DNA of 64,000 nucleotides, from NCBI GenBank assembly GCA_040217195.1, contig JAVJNR010000006.1:186193-250192 (forward strand), in the 5' to 3' direction. Position numbers and translations under genes: made by a program. Shown here in pieces: positions 56,766 through 64,000 of this stretch (the first letter of the stretch is position 1; each line of letters starts with the position of its first letter). Below the pieces are notes generated by a model that ran no database searches, was not told the DNA's origin, and was given only the letters and a program-made list of their open reading frames with translations. The stretch comes from Leptospiraceae bacterium (GTDB taxonomy: Bacteria > Spirochaetota > Leptospiria > Leptospirales > Leptonemataceae).

Positions 56766-58097
56766 ATGTTAAGCGTTGCACTGGTCCTGCTGTTCTGGAT
56801 CTCAACTTCTGTTGTAGCGGAGACACTGGAAAAGAAAGAAGAGCTCAATGCTGATTTGCAGAGAGATACACGGAATCTTCAATCTGCAGAGAAAGCATTT
56901 CAATCTGGCTTTGCAGCTGAAGCTGAGCATTATCTAAGCCGAATCCCACCGGATTCCAGGTTACAGTTAGCGCCACAAAAGCTGGAACTGGAGGTCTTGC
57001 TTGGTTTTCATCAAGGGGATTTAAGCTCCGCCAGACGGGGATTGCGGCAATTGTTTAAAATCGGTAAACGGCCGGCGGAATCTCCAGAAATCTTTTCCAT
57101 GTATATGGCAGAGGAACTGATCCAGCTGCGACAATTTCCTTCCATGAGTCTTTTTCGTTCTCAAGCTCCGGACTTGAAATGGACCGAGTTCCAGAAAACT
57201 TTGGGTTCCAGTCAATATCCTCTTTTCCTTTGCGAGATTCGCCAGGTAGATGGAAGCCCGGGATCACCTGGCGGTAGCCCCCTGGATAAGCATCTTCAAT
57301 TCTCGAATGCTCTGGATTTCTCCAGAATGCGCGGACGGAACCTGAATGAAGGCGATAAGCTCCAGCTTTCTATTCTCGGTGCTTTGTATTCTAGTTATTC
57401 TGTGATTCGATCCAGGCTGGATGGACGGCCTGAAAGTACACAGAATTTGAGGGAAAATCTAAGACTTTGCCGGGAGAAGCTCTCAGGTTTTGAGTCCCGG
57501 GTAACGACTGCAGACGACAGACGATGGTTCCAGGAGTATCTGTACCGTCTCTACTTTGCGGGCTGGGCTCTGGACGGATCTGCAAGTAGCAGTTTTGAAT
57601 TCGCAGATTATATGCTGAGGCAGGAGCCTGAGAATCGTAAAGATCTGGAAGCCCTGCATTTGTTTCGCAGAACCCTGGATCAGTTACTCCTGGTTGAGGA
57701 ATTTCAGTTTCAATCCCATGATGAAGACCGAAAGCAGCAAGAAGGTCGAATGCATCAGCTTGCTGCGGTTTTACGGAAGATGCAGCTTCTATATGTGAGA
57801 TTGGAAATGGAATCCGATGGCACCACTGTGGCCGCTCTGGCAGATTCCATGGAAAGCTATCTCTTTTCCGGTGGATCGAAACAGGACTTCCAATCAATGA
57901 AACGTCAGTTGCTGGATACCTGCGGGGAAAATCGGCGAAATAGGGAATCTTTGATTCTGCTTCATAAATTGTCCGAAAAAAAAGATAAATCGAATCTAAG
58001 AGATGCAATCATACGAAGGGATCTGCAGCAGGATTCCAGGGAATTGCTTTCTGTTATGGCTTACCGCTACGGATCTCTAGCTCAGGCAATGCCCTGA
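56766..58097 (+). CDS. Secreted hypothetical helical protein; probable start ATG 56766
   Basis: Signal-like MLSVALVLLFWISTSVVA; TPR-like N-terminal segment. Confidence 0.6.
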   Translation: MLSVALVLLFWISTSVVAETLEKKEELNADLQRDTRNLQSAEKAFQSGFAAEAEHYLSRIPPDSRLQLAPQKLELEVLLGFHQGDLSSARRGLRQLFKIGKRPAESPEIFSMYMAEELIQLRQFPSMSLFRSQAPDLKWTEFQKTLGSSQYPLFLCEIRQVDGSPGSPGGSPLDKHLQFSNALDFSRMRGRNLNEGDKLQLSILGALYSSYSVIRSRLDGRPESTQNLRENLRLCREKLSGFESRVTTADDRRWFQEYLYRLYFAGWALDGSASSSFEFADYMLRQEPENRKDLEALHLFRRTLDQLLLVEEFQFQSHDEDRKQQEGRMHQLAAVLRKMQLLYVRLEMESDGTTVAALADSMESYLFSGGSKQDFQSMKRQLLDTCGENRRNRESLILLHKLSEKKDKSNLRDAIIRRDLQQDSRELLSVMAYRYGSLAQAMP

Positions 58098-58162
58098 AAA
58101 AAAAGAACTAAAGCCCTGGTGGATGGACTTTTTGCCGCCAATAGACTGGGATGTGGCAGGGC

Positions 58163-59617
58163 CTATAGATGGATTCGCACAACTCGAGTGGGTTTTCCCA
58201 CACCTTTTAGAGTGGCCTCTCTTTCTTCCGTATGAAGTTTATTTTTTGCGACTATCTCCTCCACCCCTGGATGATTCCATACAGAGCCAGTTATCCAGAT
58301 CTCCCCGGAATCGGCCAATCCCTGAACTCTTGCAGCTACGTTCACGGACTGACCAAAGTAATCCAGCCGATCATCGGTCATCACAGCCAGAGCAGGTCCT
58401 TCATTTAGACCCACTTTCAGACCCAGTTCATAGCCCTGATCCTTCCATTTCTGGTTCAGGGACTTCAGTCGTTCCAGCATTTCCAGAGAGGCCATCAGTC
58501 CATCCAGGGGTCGGGAAAATGTAGCCATAATTGCATCGCCCATGGTCTTTACGATGGCTCCATTGTTCCTTCTGACTGTATCCGTGAGCTCTTTGAAATG
58601 ATCCTGGACCAGTCGATAAGCGATCAAATCGCCTGCCTGGTCGTACATCTCTGTACTGCCCCTGAGATCGGTGAATAGAATGGTCAGACTCTTAATGTTC
58701 AGATTTAGATTCGCAGACAGATGATGAATGCGAAATAATTCACGGAAACTCTGATTGTTTAAAAGTTCTCGGGCGGTAAGGCAGGGAAGGACTTGCGTTG
58801 GATTCGCCTGGGCGATCTGTACGATTTTTTCCGGGTTCGGCTGTAGATATGCAGTGCCTGTCCTTCGGCCGGTGCGATTGTGTACATGTACGATGTAGTT
58901 TCCTGCCGGGACTTTTTTCTCAAAAGGTGTAAACCCGGAGGGCAGCAATTCTATGTGAAGTTCATCGCCCACATCCGGAGCATCGGCATCTACGATGAAA
59001 AAAGAACCCGAGTTAGCGTCCGCTGTTGCAACCTGAAGTATATGACCCTGTCCGATTTCATTTTCCTGCGAAAGCTTTATTCCAAAGGAATAGCTACCCT
59101 CTGGCTCCAGAACCTTAAACCCGCGAAGAGTGCTCTGGATCCAATCTTTCAAAGGCTGTGACTTCACAAAGTTAGGAGAGAAATGGAAACGAAAATAATT
59201 CTCCAGATTGGACAGAGGATCAATATTCAGCGAGTGTATGGATTCATGGATGCGAAAGGCCACCTCTACGTGGTCATCCAGCTGGGTTTCTACATTAAGG
59301 TTGCATATGTAGCAGTGGAAAGAATTGCCTTCAATCTCATCCAGTTCATGGTGCGAATGTACAATCCCTCCGCACATGGGACAGGTAAGATTATACAGAA
59401 AGTCAAACATACCTACCTTGGCAGCATGGATGAAGGTATGCACAGTTTCTTGCTCATCCAGACCATTTTCCCGGGCAAAGGTATACGGGTTAATTCGATT
59501 GAGCTGCCAGTCATCCATCCGGGGCAGGGTTTCGGAAAACTTATTTATGACTTTTTCCGGAAGATGTCTGTAAGATTTTAATGATTCTAGCTTCTGGTCC
59601 AGTACAGCAGGGTGCAT
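58163..59617 (-). CDS. Class III adenylate/guanylate cyclase with DUF5939-type zinc-ribbon domain; probable start ATG 59617
   Basis: FTDLRGST, VKTMGDAIMA, DYFGQSVNVAARVQ; CPMC...CYIC. Confidence 0.9.
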   Translation of the reverse strand: MHPAVLDQKLESLKSYRHLPEKVINKFSETLPRMDDWQLNRINPYTFARENGLDEQETVHTFIHAAKVGMFDFLYNLTCPMCGGIVHSHHELDEIEGNSFHCYICNLNVETQLDDHVEVAFRIHESIHSLNIDPLSNLENYFRFHFSPNFVKSQPLKDWIQSTLRGFKVLEPEGSYSFGIKLSQENEIGQGHILQVATADANSGSFFIVDADAPDVGDELHIELLPSGFTPFEKKVPAGNYIVHVHNRTGRRTGTAYLQPNPEKIVQIAQANPTQVLPCLTARELLNNQSFRELFRIHHLSANLNLNIKSLTILFTDLRGSTEMYDQAGDLIAYRLVQDHFKELTDTVRRNNGAIVKTMGDAIMATFSRPLDGLMASLEMLERLKSLNQKWKDQGYELGLKVGLNEGPALAVMTDDRLDYFGQSVNVAARVQGLADSGEIWITGSVWNHPGVEEIVAKNKLHTEEREATLKGVGKPTRVVRIHL

Positions 59618-59789
59618 GGCAACGAAGGAAGCACCGTACGGCCGGGCAGGCAAGTAATAATTGTATGTGCAAATAATGCCCGGCGGATTCCGGTGCAAAG
59701 GTATCTGCGGATATTCATCTATCCGGCGCGAAGAGATACCCGGGCTGTGAGTAAAAAGGCGTTTAGAATAGCTTCCGTTTCGCCCATGC

Positions 59790-60236
59790 TCAAGGTTGAG
59801 GCCAGCCTGCCGGTACCGAGTCCTCAATCTCTCCCAATCCCACTTCACTCATTTTCATATTTTTCAGGAAGAGTTGATTGAATTTGCTACTATCCGAGGG
59901 GTCCTGAAAACGGATGGTCAGGAGCGTGGATTTTCCATTTTCATCGTGGAATCCCATATCTACCATACGAGCGCCAGGCTTCATCATAATCAGCATTCCC
60001 AGCTTGCCGTCGCTTTTTTCATCATAGGTCTTTTCCACCGAGAATCGCATTCCTGCTTCTGTCATGGCATCAATCAGTGCAGGGATGAATTTTCCCACAG
60101 GTTGGCTGGACCGATAGATTCGTTTCTGTGCCAAAAGGCTGCTGCCAGAAAGGAATATTAGGACCAGTAGAAATGCTGAAACCTTTCCTATGCGAAACCC
60201 AGAATTTAGTTTGTTCTTTTTAATAGATCGAATCAT
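59790..60236 (-). CDS. Small secreted hypothetical protein
   Basis: Basic N-terminus, hydrophobic signal ending LLA-Q. Confidence 0.65.
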   Translation of the reverse strand: MIRSIKKNKLNSGFRIGKVSAFLLVLIFLSGSSLLAQKRIYRSSQPVGKFIPALIDAMTEAGMRFSVEKTYDEKSDGKLGMLIMMKPGARMVDMGFHDENGKSTLLTIRFQDPSDSSKFNQLFLKNMKMSEVGLGEIEDSVPAGWPQP

Positions 60237-60363
60237 AATATTACTCCATCCCGGATCCAGGTTCATTCGGTCAGCGCTGGAATTTCCGGGTCTCTTTTCA
60301 GATTCATCGGCGGCCTCCGCTTTTCCTTGACACCAATCCGGCAGAAAAACATGCGAAAGGTCT

Positions 60364-60693
60364 GTGTTAGAAAAGGTAAATCAGCTTCTATTTTTCGACA
60401 ACCTGGCTTTATATTACGTTTTAAGGGAAATTCCTCCGGTGGTGCTGGCCCGTGCCTTTCTGACCGTGGATTCTCGATTGAGCGGCAGCCTCCTGGGGCT
60501 TATGGATGTTGAGCAACGAACCATGGTTCATGCTTTGATGATGAAAGAGAACGATGAGGATACAGAAAAGAACGAGCAATCAGCCCGGGCCCTGGTGGAT
60601 ATGGCCAACGAGCTGATCAAAAAAGGAATCATCAGGAAAGAGGGCCCGCACTTTAGAGGGGTGCAGGCTGCAGATGAGTCCAGCCCTTCCTGA
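60364..60693 (+). CDS. Stand-alone FliG C-terminal-like domain protein
   Basis: LLFFDNLALYYVLREIPPVVLARA...ARALVDMANELIKKGII resembles the FliG-C fold. Confidence 0.55.
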   Translation: MLEKVNQLLFFDNLALYYVLREIPPVVLARAFLTVDSRLSGSLLGLMDVEQRTMVHALMMKENDEDTEKNEQSARALVDMANELIKKGIIRKEGPHFRGVQAADESSPS

Positions 60694-60701
60694 ATTTCGG
60701 A

Positions 60702-61622
60702 TTACTCATCCTTACCCACAAGTCTTTTGAGACCGGTCCAGATTTTTCTCCATTTCCATACCAGAACGGCCACAAAAGCCAGCCAGATAATGTTTTCCAG
60801 CATCCAGTAAGTTAGTGCCAGAAGGGAGTTCGTAAGATTGATCAATGCATTCTGATATGTAGGTACTTCGATTTCTCTAGCAGCGTCTGGTCCCTGCACA
60901 GAGATGTTGATGGTAGCCCATTTTACTCGGTCCTGAATCTTCCATTTTTCAAATCTAGCCTGGTCCTGCTGATCCTCGGAACTCGATATCAGGTTTTCGG
61001 CCTGAATCTGATTCTGGGCCGTGGTTCGATTTTGCAGGGCTTGCCTTCGCAGAGTTCTCAATTGTTCTCGGCTTAGCTTGATTCCCTGCCATACCAGGTC
61101 AGCGGTATGGTCTGTTACATCCACCGACGATTCTGTAAGAGTGCCCGCCGCTTCCAGTTCCTTCAATGCCTTATAGAGTTCATCCGACGAGACCCGGATC
61201 GTAGCCTGAAAATGCTGGTTTCCGTATGCATAGGTTCGCGAGGATGAAAGGAATCCATATTTTCTGGCCACATCGAATGCAACCTCTCTGGAATCCAGAA
61301 TGGAGTCTGATTTAAAGTTTAGCTGGATGCTGTATTCCAGCATACGATCGTCGGCCGCCTCGGAAACACCCAGTGGCAGGATGGTCAGTGTGTCCGGACT
61401 TTCAGCTCTGTCATCGGTCTTCTTCTCGGATTTCAGGGCGCCGGTCTGCTCATCGGAAAGAGCCCTTTCGCGAGCCGGTGCCTGGGAAGGTGCTTCCTCT
61501 TCGGCGGGCCCATAGTCCTGCGAGGCTTCTGTGTCTGCTGCGGTTTGTGTTTCCGAAGCACGGTCACAACCAGGCAGAATAAATAAAGTAGAGATCAGGA
61601 TCAAAAACCAGAGACGTTGCAT
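60702..61622 (-). CDS. DUF4349-like lipoprotein with C-terminal TM segment
   Basis: Lipobox LPGC; ATIRVSS...DVTD...DRVKWATINI. Confidence 0.8.
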   Translation of the reverse strand: MQRLWFLILISTLFILPGCDRASETQTAADTEASQDYGPAEEEAPSQAPARERALSDEQTGALKSEKKTDDRAESPDTLTILPLGVSEAADDRMLEYSIQLNFKSDSILDSREVAFDVARKYGFLSSSRTYAYGNQHFQATIRVSSDELYKALKELEAAGTLTESSVDVTDHTADLVWQGIKLSREQLRTLRRQALQNRTTAQNQIQAENLISSSEDQQDQARFEKWKIQDRVKWATINISVQGPDAAREIEVPTYQNALINLTNSLLALTYWMLENIIWLAFVAVLVWKWRKIWTGLKRLVGKDE

Positions 61623-61701
61623 AAACCATAGACGCAATTTCCTGTTCGGTGGTTCAATTCAGCTTGCAGTTGGGCAGCAGAATAGGTATACTCGTCTTCT
61701 T

Positions 61702-62961
61702 ATGGAACCTTTCAGACTGGCGGACTGGGTGCTCCAGGGCACCGGCAAACTAAGTACAGATACACTTAATGGTCTTAAGACTTTTTTGCATCAATCCATG
61801 GATTGGTCCGGCGATCAACTGGAGAAACTCTCCGATCAACCCGTAATCCGGGAGTCTGATGTAGGCCGAGCACTTTATCAGGCATCAAGAGGAATGAAAG
61901 AAGGGGCGGCTTCCACTTCCGAAGCATTGTCTGTGGCTTCCCGGGCTACTCGCTATGCCTTCGATGTGGCTCGAAAAAGTGTCGCCGACTCGGACCGATC
62001 TGTGGAGCAAATTCTATTCGAAAATGTTGCCGTAGCCAGTGTAGCCGGTGCCTCCTTTGGCGGAGTGCAGATAAGCAAGATCGAGCCTTCCTTTCGATTG
62101 AACGGGAATAATGCTACGGTGCAGGAACTGGCGGAGGATTATAAAAAGCAGGATCCGGCCACAGTGAAAAAAGGACCACTACTGATGATTCCTGGTCTGT
62201 TCTGCGATGAGGGCCTCTGGAACGATTCAGGCAGTCCGATTCCTTATTCAGAGTTGGTTCGAGAGCTTGGATTCTATCCGATTACTTTTCGGTTCAATCC
62301 TGGAAATCCAATTCCAGAAAACGGAAAGGCTCTGTTCAGAATGTTGAACGAATTTTTCGCTCATGCAGACTTCTACGAATGCAGGCCCAGTGCACTCTGC
62401 TATAGCCAGGGCGGACTGATCCTTAGAAGCGCTATCTATCTCTCCATGCAACCGGGCGCACCCACCGACGACTTTAGCAATTGGCTGAAGCATGTTATCT
62501 TCATCGCCTGTCCTGATGGAGGCTCTTATATTGAAAAACTTGGGTTCTGGATTGGTCTGGGCCTTTCCAGAGTGCCTCTGCCTGTGGTTTCTATACTTGG
62601 TGCAATAGGCAATGAAAGAAGCGATGCAATGAAGGATCTATCCCATGGAATTATTCGAGAAGAGGATCGTGCGGTTAATCATCCTGACAGATATGGATTG
62701 AATACCTATCATGGTGAGCTGGAAAAAATAATGGGAACTCAAATCTACAGCTCCATTTCCAGTCAATCGGAAGTATGGGGCTCCTGGTTTGGTGATGGAG
62801 TGGTGGAGGATAGTAGTCTTCGCTTACTCAGTGATTCTGTTTTTCGAAAGAAAAGCAATCCCGAGGATAGAGTGCACCATCTGGAAGGACTGAGCCATTT
62901 TCAAATCATGAACGCTCCGGAAACTCAGAAAATCGTAAAGCGCATTCTGGCCGATATCTAG
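61702..62961 (+). CDS. PGAP1/lipase-like alpha/beta hydrolase; probable start ATG 61702
   Basis: IPGLFCDE, YSQGGL nucleophile, GSYIEK, GDGVV, GLSH; promoter TTGCAG-17-TATACT just upstream. Confidence 0.8.
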   Translation: MEPFRLADWVLQGTGKLSTDTLNGLKTFLHQSMDWSGDQLEKLSDQPVIRESDVGRALYQASRGMKEGAASTSEALSVASRATRYAFDVARKSVADSDRSVEQILFENVAVASVAGASFGGVQISKIEPSFRLNGNNATVQELAEDYKKQDPATVKKGPLLMIPGLFCDEGLWNDSGSPIPYSELVRELGFYPITFRFNPGNPIPENGKALFRMLNEFFAHADFYECRPSALCYSQGGLILRSAIYLSMQPGAPTDDFSNWLKHVIFIACPDGGSYIEKLGFWIGLGLSRVPLPVVSILGAIGNERSDAMKDLSHGIIREEDRAVNHPDRYGLNTYHGELEKIMGTQIYSSISSQSEVWGSWFGDGVVEDSSLRLLSDSVFRKKSNPEDRVHHLEGLSHFQIMNAPETQKIVKRILADI

Positions 62962-63113
62962 GCGTATTCGCTCAACCTTCTCCGGTACTTTTTTGCATCC
63001 TGGAATCGGAGAGTAGATTCTATTGGTGAAAGCGAGTATTGTGAACTGCATCTACTGAATCGTGGAAATGCAATTTTGCTTTCCATCGAAGAGCCGATGG
63101 CTCAATTAATACT

Positions 63114-64000
63114 ATGTCCAGACCGCTCTATCTGATTGATGCCAGCGTCTATCTATTCCGTGCTTTCTTTTCCCTTCCCGATTCCATGAAGGATGCCAGG
63201 GGCAGAAGTGCCAACGTCATTTACGGATTCACCGACTTTCTGATTCGCTTCCGTAAGCTAAGCCAGGCTACCCGAGCGGCCCTTTGTTTCGATGAAAGCC
63301 TTACCACCAGCTTTAGAAATGAAATCGATCCGAATTATAAAGCCAATCGGCCGGAGGCTCCGGAAGATCTAAAGAGGCAGATTGGCGCCTGTAAAGAAGT
63401 GGGCTCCTGGATGGGCTTTGCAGTGTATTCCAGTCCCAGATACGAAGCAGACGATCTGATCGGCAGTCTGGCAAAGCAGTTTAAAGAGAAAGAAAAAAAC
63501 GGAGCCGTCTGCATTGTATCCACAGATAAGGATTTGCTGCAGGTACTTGAACCTGGAGATGAATTCTGGAACTTCAGCAAGGATGAGCGCTTCAAAGGAA
63601 AGGATGTAGTTAAGAAGATGGGAGTGAATGCCAACCAGGTGGCAGACTTTCTGGCTATCACCGGCGATTCTGTGGATAACATTCCTGGACTCCCGGGAAT
63701 CGGAAAAACTACAGCCGCAGCGCTTCTAAATGAATTTAAATCCCTGGATAAACTATTAACAAACTTATCCAGACTAAAAACTCATTCCATGCGAGGAGCG
63801 GCTCGTTTTCATGATATCATTTCCGAGAATCGAGATTTGCTGGATAGGGCACGCAAACTAACTCTGATCGAAACCGGTCTGAAGGTGGAAAAGGATCTGG
63901 GTAAACTAAACCTCGGTTCGCCGGATCTGAAATCCTTGAACGGATTCTTTGAAGACCTGGGTATAGGGCAGCGCTTGCTGAGCCGAATAGAGCCACAATC
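63114..64000 (+). CDS. 5'-3' exonuclease / flap endonuclease (PolA N-terminal-like), running off the window end
   Basis: My translation MSRPLYLIDASVYLFRAFF...YKANR...YEADD...STDKD...GDSVDNIPGLPGIGKTTA; missing from the ORF track because there is no stop in the window. Confidence 0.92.
   Translation, partial: MSRPLYLIDASVYLFRAFFSLPDSMKDARGRSANVIYGFTDFLIRFRKLSQATRAALCFDESLTTSFRNEIDPNYKANRPEAPEDLKRQIGACKEVGSWMGFAVYSSPRYEADDLIGSLAKQFKEKEKNGAVCIVSTDKDLLQVLEPGDEFWNFSKDERFKGKDVVKKMGVNANQVADFLAITGDSVDNIPGLPGIGKTTAAALLNEFKSLDKLLTNLSRLKTHSMRGAARFHDIISENRDLLDRARKLTLIETGLKVEKDLGKLNLGSPDLKSLNGFFEDLGIGQRLLSRIEPQ

Noticed and set aside
59618..59848. 77-aa N-terminal extension of the second cyclase in the ORF track
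   Set aside because: Overlaps the upstream gene and does not look protein-like; family-like sequence begins at ATG 59617
61531..61701. Long 5' extension of the hydrolase ORF
   Set aside because: Overlaps the divergent DUF4349 gene; a promoter lies just upstream of ATG 61702
1..64000. tRNA, rRNA, known riboswitch, prophage or defence-system genes
   Set aside because: None recognised by eye; tRNAscan-SE, Rfam cmscan and DefenseFinder would be needed to exclude them formally

Overview
Chromosomal window from a spirochaete, most likely a Leptospiraceae member. The assignment rests on two FlaB-type periplasmic flagellins, a PlsC-GpsA fusion and spirochaete-type lipoproteins; it is inferred from protein features, not from a database search. 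Core genes (DEAD-box helicase, flaB pair, ABC-F ATPase, bactofilin/LytM, plsC-gpsA, ilvB, holA, cinA, lipid A acyltransferase, membrane pyrophosphatase, 5'-3' exonuclease) alternate with small accessory modules (AraC/NmrA, TetR/CPBP, Crp/SDR, sensor kinases, ECF sigma, two DUF5939-type cyclases). I saw no integrase, transposase, tRNA, rRNA or CRISPR array. The most striking unexplained structure is two unrelated two-gene cassettes, each exactly bracketed by a long perfect direct repeat. A 42-bp repeat (13767-13808 and 16779-16820) contains the sigma-28 promoter of flaB and encloses an MBOAT O-acyltransferase pair plus a truncated osmC fragment. A 29-bp repeat (50848-50876 and 53549-53577) encloses a papain/NlpC-P60-like gene and a DUF4424/discoidin-like gene. 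Other points of interest are tandem paralogues sharing an unrecognised domain of about 250 aa, a catalytically dead LytM beside bactofilin, a MORN-FecR lipoprotein, a motif shared by both flaB leaders, and an NTF2-family pseudogene missed by the ORF track.
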